A stretch of 64,000 nucleotides of DNA from an uncultured Acidobacteriota bacterium (GCA_947259165.1 CAMYKY010000010.1:34433-98432); one strand, 5' to 3'. Shown: positions 27,282-37,154, counted from the stretch's first letter. Notes: generated by a model not told the origin, from the sequence alone. Numbers and translations are program-made.

Positions 27282-29684
27282 CTAGACGTCGAGCGGTCGC
27301 CACGCGAGCGCGAACCGACCGACCGTCGTATCCGACTTGCGGAAACGCAACGGCACCTCGTCGACGTCGAGAAGAGAGTTGTCGACCGCGCTTCGAAGCT
27401 CGCTGGTCTTCGCCGCCAGCTCGCTCTCGAGCTCGCGGAGTTTTCGCTTCTCCACTTTGAACGCCTTTTCTGCACGCGCGACGTCTTCGCGCTCCCGCGA
27501 CGCTCTCGTCGCCGAGCGGGCCGTTCGTGAGGCGCGGCCGACGTTCGTAAGACTGCCGAGTTTACGGCCGAAAAGAGCACCCACCAGTGTCTCCCCAATA
27601 GAGATCGCGGTGTGGGTCTTTTGTGCACTGTATTGGTCCGACTCACGCGCGACCCGCAGGCCGGCTTTTTCGACGCGCTCCTCGAGCTTTTGCAGCCTGG
27701 CGCCGTAGCGATTTCGGAGCTTCGACAGCTCTTCGTCTCGTTTCTGATGAAGTGCATGGGTCAACCTGACGCGAAACTCCCCTTCGCTCTCGCCGGCCCG
27801 CGAGCTCATCTTGAGCTTCTTGCAACGAAAGAGGGTCAGCGCATGCTCACGGTAAAGACGCGCGAGACACGACTTTTGCCAACGAACGTAATTCTTCTCG
27901 AGACCCGCCGTTTTCGGCAGCACGGCGAACGATGCGCCGGGGCTCGGCTCCTCCCCCACCACGACCGTGGGCAATTCCTCGCCGCTGGGCCAGTCGGGAC
28001 CTCCGCTAGCGAGCGGCGTCAGCCAATTCAACTTCGTCCAGTGATCCACCTCCAAGGAGGAACGAACGTAGTGCACTTCAACGGACGCCAGCAGATGAGG
28101 TGAATAGGTCACGTCCCCCCCACGACTCACCGGCAGGAAACACTCTTCGATGCCTTCAGGAGCTCGCGGACGCTGCGATACGACGTCCGTAGCCGTGAGA
28201 GTGACTCGACGCGGCTTGGGTACCGCCGGCAGATCGCGCGTTCCGGTCAAGTCCTTGATTTGCAGCAGCGTGAGCGGTCCTCGCAGATAAGAAAGAGCCC
28301 ATCGCGTCCGGAACAGAACCGGCGAGTCTTCATGAACGTTTTGCACGAGAAACATGCGTTTTTCCAGCGACGCCAGGAGCTGTTCGGTGCGCTTGCGATC
28401 GAACGCCTCGCCGTTCGAAGACGTTGCGAGTCCGTCCATCAACCGGTCGCGATCCCGCGTCGTTTGTAATCTTCCCAGAAACCAAGTGCCCATGTTCGCG
28501 AGGCCCTTGTAATCCAAATCGACTGGGTTTTGGGTCGCAAGCAATACACCCACGCCATAGGCACGTGCCTGTTTCAACAACGTCAGCATCGGAGCCTTGG
28601 AAGGCGGGGTCTTCACGGGCGGAAAGTAGCCAAAAATCTCGTCCATGTAGACAATCGCCCGGAGGCTTCCGGTACCCTCGAGGCTTCGCATCCAGGAGAT
28701 CACCTCGTTCAGGAACAACGTTACGAAGAACATGCGCTCTTCGTCCGACAAATGAGCGATCGACAAAATCGCGAGGCGGGGCTTACCGGCATCGGTGTAG
28801 AGAAGCTTGGGAATGTCGAGCGGCTCCCCCTCACGCCACGCGGCAAACGCGGGCGATGCGAGCAGGTTGTTGAGCCGCGCCGTCAGCACAAAGCGCTCCT
28901 TCGCGGGGAAGAAAGATTCCAAATCCAAAACGCCCAGCTTCTCGAAAGGCGGTTCCTGGATTTCGCGCAGGAGGGTTTCCAAGTCACGATCTTCGCCATC
29001 GCGCCAGGCGCGATGGAGGATGGTCGACAGGAGAATGTGCTCACGACTCGTCACCGGGTCCGCTTCGACGCCGACGAGGCCTAGCAGACCGGACACAGCA
29101 TTGAGCACGCGCTCTCGCAGCGCGTCCTCGTCCTCCCGCACTGCCTCGGAGGGAGCGTCGAACGCTCGCAGTAGCGCGATAGGCCGGCCGGCCGAGCTTC
29201 CTGGCGTGTAGATGCGGACCTCGGCCGACTTCCTGGAGGCCGCGATGCGAGACTTCGACTGCCCCCATTCACTAATCCCGCGATCCCATGTCGTGGCGAT
29301 CTCAGCCGCATGCTCGTCGAGCGTCTGTCCGTGGCGGGTAGCCTCGGCGGTGTCGACCCAGGGCCGGAAGTCATCGGGCTCGAGCTTGGGGAACTGGAGC
29401 ATTAGGTTCCCCATATCGCCTTTGGGGTCGATGATGAGGGCCGGGATACCGTCGAGCGCCGCCTCTTCGAGCACAACCACCGAGAGCCCCGTCTTACCGC
29501 TGCCGGTCATACCGACAACGAGACCGTGGGTCGTGAGATCCTTTGAGTCGTAGAGAAAGGGAGTCCTCGCGTCACCGCCCAAACCACCGAGATAGAACGC
29601 GCCGAGTTTCTCGAAGTTCTTCATGCGGACACGCGTCGAGGTCGGAGTTCGTTTTTCAATAGCATCGCCGACAGAATTTATCAC
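27282..29684 (-). CDS. HerA/FtsK-superfamily P-loop ATPase, YjgR (DUF853)-like, with ~300-aa C-terminal coiled-coil extension
   Basis: Walker A (LVVGMTGSGKTGL) in a YjgR-like N-terminal context (LGAFYLGG..DLTTHGLVVGMTGSGKTG..ALIIDPKGDM). Walker B/sensor region (AIVYMDEIFGYFPP...LLATQNPVDLDYKGL). The C-terminal third is Arg/Glu-rich predicted coiled-coil. GTG start; an ATG is 60 nt downstream. Confidence 0.6.
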   Translation of the reverse strand: MINSVGDAIEKRTPTSTRVRMKNFEKLGAFYLGGLGGDARTPFLYDSKDLTTHGLVVGMTGSGKTGLSVVVLEEAALDGIPALIIDPKGDMGNLMLQFPKLEPDDFRPWVDTAEATRHGQTLDEHAAEIATTWDRGISEWGQSKSRIAASRKSAEVRIYTPGSSAGRPIALLRAFDAPSEAVREDEDALRERVLNAVSGLLGLVGVEADPVTSREHILLSTILHRAWRDGEDRDLETLLREIQEPPFEKLGVLDLESFFPAKERFVLTARLNNLLASPAFAAWREGEPLDIPKLLYTDAGKPRLAILSIAHLSDEERMFFVTLFLNEVISWMRSLEGTGSLRAIVYMDEIFGYFPPVKTPPSKAPMLTLLKQARAYGVGVLLATQNPVDLDYKGLANMGTWFLGRLQTTRDRDRLMDGLATSSNGEAFDRKRTEQLLASLEKRMFLVQNVHEDSPVLFRTRWALSYLRGPLTLLQIKDLTGTRDLPAVPKPRRVTLTATDVVSQRPRAPEGIEECFLPVSRGGDVTYSPHLLASVEVHYVRSSLEVDHWTKLNWLTPLASGGPDWPSGEELPTVVVGEEPSPGASFAVLPKTAGLEKNYVRWQKSCLARLYREHALTLFRCKKLKMSSRAGESEGEFRVRLTHALHQKRDEELSKLRNRYGARLQKLEERVEKAGLRVARESDQYSAQKTHTAISIGETLVGALFGRKLGSLTNVGRASRTARSATRASREREDVARAEKAFKVEKRKLRELESELAAKTSELRSAVDNSLLDVDEVPLRFRKSDTTVGRFALAWRPLDV

Positions 29685-29706
29685 ACAGGTCCGTGGCCCA
29701 TGGTGG

Positions 29707-29873
29707 TGTATACGGCATTCGGGCGAAAGCTCGTTTGAAGAGCGCTTGCCCGCACACCGGAGCCTCGATAAACGATCGTAGAAGGTGTGCGCGCAGCATC
29801 GAGACGCAGTCGTGTTGACTCGATGAGGAATCCGAAACCAGACTCGAACCGTATGCCGTATGCCGTTTTTACC
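29707..29873. mobile_element. MITE-like element, family 2 copy 2, between the vWA gene stop and the ATPase start
   Basis: Right end cgaaccgtatgccgtatgccg (heptamer CCGTATG x2) abuts the vWA stop. Left end tatacggcattcggg is a partial inverse. The core ctcgataaacgatc...gcgcgcagcatcgagacgcagtcg is homologous to 12826..13016. Confidence 0.7.
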
Positions 29874-31389
29874 GCACGACGCGTTCGTGGCTGCGGCGCA
29901 TGCGCAGCGCCCGTTGGATCTTTCCCGGGATGAAGCGTTTGAGGAACAAGCGGGAGGGGACGTTTTCGTAGGCGAGGCCGAGCTTCACATCCTTGCGGCC
30001 GCCCATCCCGAGCTCGTCGACCCGAAACTCATAGCGTCCGAGTCGAACCTTACTGCCGTAACGCAGCTCGAACTCCTGGGATTTCACTCCGTAGGTCTTG
30101 CAATCAATCGTGGGACCGGTGAGTTTCTTATTGAGCTTGTCATTGTGCAGCAGATGGACTTTCGCCCGCAGAAAATCGAGTGGACCAAACTTGGCCCGCT
30201 CGGCGGGTGCACTGGTGACGAGTCTTTCGACGAGCGCCTCTTCCATGTCGCCTGCGACATACTCTAGATTGAGCGCGTAGATCTGCTCGTCTTTCGTCCC
30301 CTCCTTGGAGAGGAGCTCGACACGTTCGCGCAGTTGTTCGAGCGGTAGCTCGATGAGCCCTCGAGCGATCTCGTCGATGCCATCGATGTGAAAGCCCGTC
30401 GGTGGAAGCTCTGTGGAGCGCTCCTTGGCGGTCAACATCGCCACAGCATGCTTCGACGATTCGACCAGCGAGAGTCCTTTCCAACTCCAACGAGGGCCAT
30501 CGGGTGAAACCCGGCGCAGCCGGTCAACTGCCATTTGCAGTGGACTGCCGGTCTTCAATTCGACGATCTCGCGATCTCCGGAGCCCGGAAAAGATCGGAC
30601 GCCAATACCTATGAAGATCGCGAGCATGGCCGTCAGAACGCCTGCAATCCCGAACTCGACTCTTGACGCCGGAGGCGTGGCGATCCGAGTGACGATAGGC
30701 TCGATCTCTTCGAGTCCCTCATCCTTCTCGATGCGGAAAATGAAGCGGCGCAGCAGCATGCCGTCATCGTCGAAAAACTCGGCAATTCCCTGAGCGTAGT
30801 CGCTCGAGGCGATCGACCCGTTGGCCGCGACGACCATTCGCTGAATCAATTCGTAGTCGACTTCTTCGCCGATGAGGATTGCGTAGAGAGGCAGTCCGAG
30901 ACTCTCGAGCAAGCGAACCGTTCGGGAGCCGGCTTCCTGTCTCAAGTCCGCGCCTTTCGCGACCGATTGGTCCTGCCAGTCACGCGGCGACGGGTCGATC
31001 ATCCCGTCGGTGATCAGCACGATTTTGAATTCGGTGCCCTCGGGATACTCCGCAGCCACGTCGCGCGCGGCTTCGAACGCAAAATAGAAGTCAGTCCACT
31101 TCCCCGCATTGCGGTAGTGCTGGGGAGCGTCGACGTAAACCTCGTTACGGCCGCCGAAGAGGATGAGTCGGTAGGGCTGGCCTTTCAGGAAGGAATAGAT
31201 CTTCTCGATGGCTTCACGTCGCTGGGTGTCTGGATCGAGCGGAGGAAGGCTCGCCGAGTTGTCCAACAGGAACAGGATGACCGATTCGCCGGCCTGCGGC
31301 TGGAGGAGCGGAGTTTTCGTTTCCTCCGCGCTCGAGAGCACCGAGGACAAAACGGCCGCGCCCACAAAGAGCGTTCTGACGGTCTTCAT
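29869..31389 (-). CDS. membrane-anchored von Willebrand factor A (vWA) domain protein
   Basis: Sec signal peptide (MKTVRTLFVGAAVLSSVLSSA). vWA with MIDAS (LLDNSASL ... LITDG). One TM helix (FGIAGVLTAMLAIFIGIGV). About 250-aa cytoplasmic C-terminal domain of unknown function. Start taken at ATG 31389; the track ORF extends to 31467. Confidence 0.75.
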   Translation of the reverse strand: MKTVRTLFVGAAVLSSVLSSAEETKTPLLQPQAGESVILFLLDNSASLPPLDPDTQRREAIEKIYSFLKGQPYRLILFGGRNEVYVDAPQHYRNAGKWTDFYFAFEAARDVAAEYPEGTEFKIVLITDGMIDPSPRDWQDQSVAKGADLRQEAGSRTVRLLESLGLPLYAILIGEEVDYELIQRMVVAANGSIASSDYAQGIAEFFDDDGMLLRRFIFRIEKDEGLEEIEPIVTRIATPPASRVEFGIAGVLTAMLAIFIGIGVRSFPGSGDREIVELKTGSPLQMAVDRLRRVSPDGPRWSWKGLSLVESSKHAVAMLTAKERSTELPPTGFHIDGIDEIARGLIELPLEQLRERVELLSKEGTKDEQIYALNLEYVAGDMEEALVERLVTSAPAERAKFGPLDFLRAKVHLLHNDKLNKKLTGPTIDCKTYGVKSQEFELRYGSKVRLGRYEFRVDELGMGGRKDVKLGLAYENVPSRLFLKRFIPGKIQRALRMRRSHERVVR

Positions 31390-31514
31390 ATTGGGGTTCG
31401 GTGGACTACTTTGATTATAGAGGGTGAAACGCTTTCTAGCCACGCCTATCGGAAGCTCCGAACCCAACGAGTCCTACGATCGACGAGCCCCAACTCCACC
31501 GAACGCGTTAGTGG

Positions 31515-31901
31515 CTAGCGCATTGCCCAGCGTTCGCCTTCCAACTCCCAAACATAGTCGTAGCTTCGTTCGAACCGCTCGGTCGCGGTGCCATCAAGCT
31601 CAGGCGTTTTACTCTCGATGACAAAGGCAATCGTTCCGGCCCACGGTTCGGCTTCGTTACCTGGCTGTTCACGGACGTCGACCGACTGGACCGTCCAACT
31701 CACGCTCACGCCGAGCGACGGGTTGACGTCCGATTCACCTTCGCGTTTCATCGTCTCGGCCTCCTCTTGCAGCAGCGGAACGACATGCTCGCGTTGCGGC
31801 GCTTCTTTCTTTGCGTCACCGCACGAGGCTGCGAGGACGAACAGGGCAGCACACAGCGCCCAGAACGAGATTTTGGATCCCACGTTGCCGATATTGCCCA
31901 T
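31515..31901 (-). CDS. small lipoprotein, unknown function
   Basis: Lipobox LAASCG after a hydrophobic signal peptide; acidic mature part. It lies directly upstream of the vWA gene on the same strand. Confidence 0.5.
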   Translation of the reverse strand: MGNIGNVGSKISFWALCAALFVLAASCGDAKKEAPQREHVVPLLQEEAETMKREGESDVNPSLGVSVSWTVQSVDVREQPGNEAEPWAGTIAFVIESKTPELDGTATERFERSYDYVWELEGERWAMR

Positions 31902-32111
31902 AAGGAGAGGCTAGCAGAGAGGACGGTGAAATCAAACTGCTGTCGCTCGCTCGTCGGAGGTTTGACGTAGGCCGACCAGTTAGGCACACTGGATGGATAG
32001 GATCCTGGCCCTCCTCACTTGGGCGAGTTTTATCCAGCTCGAGCCTCAGCCAGCTCGACGCAAGGAGAACGCGTGCCCACAGTTGAACCCGTCGCGGCGA
32101 AGGAAGAGCCG

Positions 32112-32462
32112 ATGACAACACCAGCGCCTCGTTTCTTGCCGCTCGAGACAATATCGGTTCGGCTGGTCGGACCCAACACGACCAACAAGCGCCGAGTCTT
32201 TGGCGTCATCTCGAACATGTCGGAAACGGGCGCATGCGTGATCACGAACTTGAGCGTCCCGCAGGAAACGGACGTCCGCCTCACGATTGTCGGCGCTCGC
32301 ACCGAAGCCACGACCGTCACCGCCCACGTCATTTGGTGCGCTGAGCGATTGGAGCCCGTCAAAGAAATCGTGGGCTATTTGACCGGTGTCACTTTCGATC
32401 ACGAAACCGAAGAAACGATCCGCAAGCTTCTAGCCACCGGCATCTTCCAGCTCGTCCCGTAG
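32112..32462 (+). CDS. PilZ domain protein (c-di-GMP binding candidate)
   Basis: PilZ signatures RxxxR (PAPRFLPLETISVRL) and D/NxSxxG (ISNMSETGACVIT) in ~115 aa from MTTPAPRF. The alternative track start is 32019. Confidence 0.55.
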   Translation: MTTPAPRFLPLETISVRLVGPNTTNKRRVFGVISNMSETGACVITNLSVPQETDVRLTIVGARTEATTVTAHVIWCAERLEPVKEIVGYLTGVTFDHETEETIRKLLATGIFQLVP

Positions 32463-32561
32463 AGGCTTTTCACCACGCAGGCACGCAGCTCACGGAGGGT
32501 GCACGGAGAAATTCGTGTTTCCCTCCGCGGTCTCCGTGCCTCCGTGGTGAAAAAACGGAGT

Positions 32562-33272
32562 TTAGTGGCCGGGCTCGTAGCGGTGAACCGCCCCGGTCAC
32601 GACGGTAAACGGGTCGTGGCTCGACTTGGTCGCGGTTCGGCCCGCGCACAGCGCGAACAAGACGTTGGCTCCCTGCTGCCGAAGTCTCGCCGCACACGCC
32701 CGAAGCGTGGCGCTCCCGGTAAAGAGATAGTCGACGAGAACGACGCGACTCTCCGGCGGCAATGGCTGCAACACGGCAAGGTTCTCATAGAGCTCCGCGG
32801 CGGTCTGCTCTCGTTGGCTAGGCGGCGCCAGCGGCTCTCTCCATCGAAGCAGGTCCGTAATCGACACGTCGTCGAGACCGCTCGACGCAATCGAAATGGC
32901 CAAAAGCGACGTCCACGGACCGGCGCTCGACTCTAGAGTGGTCTTCGACGTCGGAACCGGCACGAGAGTGAAGGGCGGCTGGATGTGGCAGCCATCCAGG
33001 TACTCCGACACCATCTCGCCGAACCAATCGATGGAATCCTTCGCGTTGCGATTCGTCAACACCCGGTCTTCTGAGCCGACGGGAATCGTCGATTCGCCCC
33101 GAATGCTTTCGCCCCTCAAAGCCAGTAGAAAATTTCGAACATCATAATGCCGATTCGTCTGCTGGGACTGTTCTGCGACATAAGTAGTAAGACAAACGAC
33201 ATGAAGAGGATGAACGGCGGATTTACTTGCCTCGGCACCTTGGGCTGCTTGCTTGGACTCGAATGTCTGCAT
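32562..33272 (-). CDS. phosphoribosyltransferase-domain protein (ComF/GntX-like, no N-terminal zinc finger)
   Basis: Type I PRTase PRPP-binding motif VVLVDYLFTGSATLRACAARLRQQGANV at the C-terminus. Confidence 0.55.
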   Translation of the reverse strand: MQTFESKQAAQGAEASKSAVHPLHVVCLTTYVAEQSQQTNRHYDVRNFLLALRGESIRGESTIPVGSEDRVLTNRNAKDSIDWFGEMVSEYLDGCHIQPPFTLVPVPTSKTTLESSAGPWTSLLAISIASSGLDDVSITDLLRWREPLAPPSQREQTAAELYENLAVLQPLPPESRVVLVDYLFTGSATLRACAARLRQQGANVLFALCAGRTATKSSHDPFTVVTGAVHRYEPGH

Positions 33273-33673
33273 CTCGCTCCTCCGAAACAAGAGACTTTGG
33301 GAAAAGTCTGACTAGACGATCTCGATCAGGCAATCTCGATCGTAGGAGGTTGGGGTAGCGGTACGTTACGTTTTTTCCCCATATCTGTCAAGGCTGTTTC
33401 GCAGGATCTTGTTCAGAGTTAATAGTTTACGGTATTCGAACAAGTGGTGCGCGGGTGATAATACCTACGCCCTTTCGCTAAATCTTCGTCGGTGTCTTTC
33501 TACTTTACCAAAACGGTAGAGTTCAACGCGGCGCTTCCAACGATTCCGCGGACGCTCACCGGTCCTCGACACCTATGTTTCATTACGGTGTACCGCGTCT
33601 TCTTGAAATCGTTGCTCCCAACCCCCAAGTTCGTGAATTCTCGTTGGTTGAAATGCCCCGCAGCCTTTGTTTT

Positions 33674-34834
33674 TCATTCGCACGAGCGCGACGGAAGAAT
33701 TTTCCCGTCGTCAACCAGTCGTCGCCAAAGTTTCCGCATTCTTCGACGGTTGACCCCGAAATCCGAGTAGCCTACCCGCGACGCCGAACGGAAATCGATG
33801 GTCTTCGACGCAGCATCGACGGCGACCTCAACGTCATCGACGAATCCAAAAACTCGCGACGAGAACTCCGAGCGCAAATAGTCGGCTTCCGACACGACCA
33901 CGACGCCCCCGAGGGCAGCAAGTGCGCGCTCAATCGCGACTCGTACTGCCGCAGCAGAGCCACCGAACCGCCGAGGCGCCATCCGCTGTCTCGATTCCCG
34001 CGCTCGGGATGAAATGCAGCTACGGTTGTTGGGACACGGCTCGAAGATCCGGCGCTTCATGAGCTCACCGTAGCCGTGACGGTAGGTCGGGTACCTGAAC
34101 ACGTACCCGGACGCTCTGAGCATCTCACTCGAACACCGTTTGCCGAGGCCATGGGTGTTCGTATCCTCGGACGGCGACGGCCCCCTCTCGTGTTCGGCAA
34201 GCCATCGGTACAAAAGCTCGCTCTCCACCGGTTCTTCGTCGATTCCCAGGTAGACCGATCTAGGCTCTGGAAGTGACATCAAGTGCACGAGCGCCCCGCA
34301 CACGTCGTCACGATGGATGAGATTGAGAAAACGGCCCGGCTGGTAGCGCGCTTCCCCCGCGCGCACGCGCGCGAGAGCCCGCGCCCGACCGGGCCCATAG
34401 ATCCCTCCAAGCCGGAGCGTGACCTGCGCCGCCGCCTCAGCCTCCAACAGCACACGACCACGGAAGTTTTGCGGAACCGTGGGAGAGTTTTCATCAACCT
34501 CGCTGCCGTCATCCTGTCCATAGACTGCGGTACTCGATGTGAAAATGAGGCGTGTCGTGGCATCGAGCTTCGACGCTACATTCCGTAGTCCCTCGACATA
34601 GATCGCCCGGTAGGCGCCCTCGCCACTCGAATCGGGCGCGGCGGTAAAAAACACCACCTCCACATCTGGAAGCTTCAGCGTCGACGGCTCGGTGATATCG
34701 GCCGCGAAGGTCTCGATGCCTTCGAGCTTGGTTGAACGCCGCTGCAGCGCATAGACCTCGTGCCCGATGTCTAGAAGCGCGAGCGCCAAATTGGATCCGA
34801 CGTAGCCGGCTCCGACGACAAGAACTCGTGCCAT
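33674..34834 (-). CDS. NAD-dependent epimerase/dehydratase (SDR) fused to a DUF1499-like C-terminal domain
   Basis: The N-terminal Rossmann fold (MARVLVVGAGYVGSNLALAL) and SDR body cover ~280 aa. The C-terminal ~100 aa (FRSASRVGYSDFGVNRRRMRKLWRRL) resemble DUF1499. The frame is continuous with no stop between the two parts. Confidence 0.6.
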   Translation of the reverse strand: MARVLVVGAGYVGSNLALALLDIGHEVYALQRRSTKLEGIETFAADITEPSTLKLPDVEVVFFTAAPDSSGEGAYRAIYVEGLRNVASKLDATTRLIFTSSTAVYGQDDGSEVDENSPTVPQNFRGRVLLEAEAAAQVTLRLGGIYGPGRARALARVRAGEARYQPGRFLNLIHRDDVCGALVHLMSLPEPRSVYLGIDEEPVESELLYRWLAEHERGPSPSEDTNTHGLGKRCSSEMLRASGYVFRYPTYRHGYGELMKRRIFEPCPNNRSCISSRARESRQRMAPRRFGGSAAAVRVAIERALAALGGVVVVSEADYLRSEFSSRVFGFVDDVEVAVDAASKTIDFRSASRVGYSDFGVNRRRMRKLWRRLVDDGKILPSRSCE

Positions 34835-34917
34835 GCTTGATAGGTTCTCCCGGAACTTCGCGACAGGAGCTCTCAGAAGTAGGCCGACTCCCCGTGGCGC
34901 TGGATCATCAGGTGCCG

Positions 34918-37041
34918 CTACTGGCCATCCAGCTCCGCCAGACGAGCGCGCACCCCATCTTGGCTGGGATTGACAGACAACGATAGCTCGAACATCTCTC
35001 GAGCCTTACCCGGGCGGCCCAACTTTTGGTAGCAGTCGCCCGCAGCGTTCAGCAACGAAGCCTCCGGAGGACGAAGCGACATAGCGTGCTCGAGACGCGG
35101 CAGCGCCATCCGATACTCCTTCTCTAGATAGTACGCAAAACCGAGTCCTTCGACGACTTCCGGCTGGTCGGGAAACGTGTTTTCGATTGGCGCCAGAAGC
35201 TCGAGCGCTTCAGCGCCCCGTCCCGTGTAGAGCAGCACGCTTGCGAGCTTCCATCGAACCACGTCGGCACGGGGAGTCGCGTTGCCGAAGACCCTTCGCA
35301 GCTCGTGCTCCGCCTCACCCAAATCGCCTCGCGCAATGAATTGCTCCGAGAGCGTCAGCGCTGTGATATCAGACTCAGGTTGAGCCATGACATTGCGGTA
35401 CACGAGCGCTGGGCGTGGAAAGCTCTCGACATCAGCCACGTCGAATGCCGAGCTCTTCGTCTCCACCACGTTACCGTCCGGGTCCAGCAAATCGAACAGC
35501 ATGGAGTACGAGCCAGGGTCAACGTCGGCCATGGGTATCGGCTCGGCCGCCACCCTGCCCTGCGGGCGGATCTCGCGCTGCTGAACAACGCCATCGGCAC
35601 CGCTCACGCTGACGCGAATCGCCCCGCCGCTCGCATCGCCGGGATGGACGAGTTGAGCGAACACGTGGACTGCGCTGTCGCGCGAGAAGCGCGCGTCCCC
35701 CGCAGGAAGCACTCGAAATCCCGCTGACGCGAAGCTTCCCTGCTCTTGTGGCGAGGCGATGTCGTAGCCTACCGCCACGCCACCGAGCACCGGGCGAGTC
35801 TCGGAGAGTTGCGCAACTGACAGATTCCTTTCGACAATCGTGAAGTGCTCCCCCGCGAGATTGCGAAGCGTCACCGCGACTTGATACGCCCCCGGAATCA
35901 ACGGGAAACTGTCCTGATAGGACAGGGGCCACGCGCTCACGGCCTCGGTCTGCTCAGCGCTCAGTCGAATGTAGGCGTCACGACTCGGGATCGCGACCGA
36001 ACCGCCGGAACGAGGACGTACTTCGATATCCACGCTGAGTCGCGTCTCGAACGCGGTACCATCCTCGTTTCTCCGGAAGGTCACATCTTGCGGATCGAGC
36101 TCGATGCTGAAATGGACAAACGGCGTCCCGTCCGACTCGTACAGAACCGTCCAATAGTCCCGGCTCGAGATGTACTTGAACGAGTAGTCGGAGTCGACAC
36201 GGCTGCCGTAGCGCCGGTAGCCCTCGACGTAATCGGTGTCGATGTCGCGCGTGGCAGACTCGAGGAGAGTCGCAAGGACCGCGTTCGAGCCTTGCGATGG
36301 TCTCACGTTCAACGGAATGGCCGCGTTTTCGAATCTGCCATCCGGCGTGAGTCCGCTGTTCCTTCCGAGAAAAGCACCGACAGCCTCCGTCAGATCCACG
36401 GTGAGAGATGCGCGCGCGAGGTCCATGGATACGATTTCGAGAATGTCCACGGCGTCGTTCCGATCGTTTCGTAACCAAACGCTAGCGTTGAGAAGCGCAG
36501 CCGGACCGTCGTCGAGAGGGCTATAGAGCTCGTAGTCCCCGGTGTTATTCTCTTTGAAGAACACCAAGTTGAACCGGGGTGGAAGCCCCTCAGACGGAGA
36601 GCCGTTGTAGAACCAGATCTCAGTCGAGACAACTTCATTGCTGCCAATGAATCTGTCGACACGCTGAGGCTCTCCCAGAAGAATGTAGAAGCGGCCCCGC
36701 TCGGTCCGCGAGCCCGCCCACGTCACACCGCCGCCAAAGAGTCGATCCGAGGCTTCGAGACGCTGATAATGTTGGTCACGAAATTCGTTCGCGGGTGTCA
36801 GACGATCGGGATCCCGATGATCCCAGAACGCGTCAATGGCCTGATCCCGCTCTTCACGCGTGCCGAGACTCAGGAACAGCTCCCGCTCCGCGTCGGTGAT
36901 GATGAACGAAACTTCGTCATCCAACCACCGCCGGTGCTCGTCCGAAAGCTCAGGCCCCGCTGCCTGAGAACCCATCGAGAGAAAGAACAAAAGAGCCGTC
37001 AGCACGTAGCCGCCTTCATGGCCGAGATTCTGCCACAGCAC
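34918..37041 (-). CDS. GWxTD-domain protein with C-terminal TPR repeats
   Basis: Signal peptide; GWxTD-like motif (VTWAGSRTERGRFYILLGEP); a long beta-rich middle; three or four C-terminal TPR-like repeats. Confidence 0.6.
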   Translation of the reverse strand: MLWQNLGHEGGYVLTALLFFLSMGSQAAGPELSDEHRRWLDDEVSFIITDAERELFLSLGTREERDQAIDAFWDHRDPDRLTPANEFRDQHYQRLEASDRLFGGGVTWAGSRTERGRFYILLGEPQRVDRFIGSNEVVSTEIWFYNGSPSEGLPPRFNLVFFKENNTGDYELYSPLDDGPAALLNASVWLRNDRNDAVDILEIVSMDLARASLTVDLTEAVGAFLGRNSGLTPDGRFENAAIPLNVRPSQGSNAVLATLLESATRDIDTDYVEGYRRYGSRVDSDYSFKYISSRDYWTVLYESDGTPFVHFSIELDPQDVTFRRNEDGTAFETRLSVDIEVRPRSGGSVAIPSRDAYIRLSAEQTEAVSAWPLSYQDSFPLIPGAYQVAVTLRNLAGEHFTIVERNLSVAQLSETRPVLGGVAVGYDIASPQEQGSFASAGFRVLPAGDARFSRDSAVHVFAQLVHPGDASGGAIRVSVSGADGVVQQREIRPQGRVAAEPIPMADVDPGSYSMLFDLLDPDGNVVETKSSAFDVADVESFPRPALVYRNVMAQPESDITALTLSEQFIARGDLGEAEHELRRVFGNATPRADVVRWKLASVLLYTGRGAEALELLAPIENTFPDQPEVVEGLGFAYYLEKEYRMALPRLEHAMSLRPPEASLLNAAGDCYQKLGRPGKAREMFELSLSVNPSQDGVRARLAELDGQ

Positions 37042-37051
37042 TCATCCCGCA

Positions 37052-37145
37052 TCCAATGTTCCACCACGGGGAGAATCACCGAGGTGAGTCCGTCCGTTCT
37101 CCGGATCCCCTCCGTGCGTCCGTCGCAACCCGTATGCCGTATGCC
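37052..37145. repeat. hairpin cluster plus solo heptamer motif (CCGTATG)2CCG downstream of the gdh stop
   Basis: ccacggggagaatcaccgaggtgagtccgtccgttctccggatcccctccgtg forms nested inverted repeats. cccgtatgccgtatgccgtgag matches the family-2 TIR. It is a likely terminator region for the minus-strand gdh gene. Confidence 0.5.
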
Positions 37146-37154
37146 GTGAGCCGC

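Noticed and set aside
27230-27757. 175-aa Arg-rich ORF overlapping the 3' end of the ATPase gene
   Set aside because: Low-complexity poly-Arg/Ser translation of the antisense or alternate frame of a well-supported gene.
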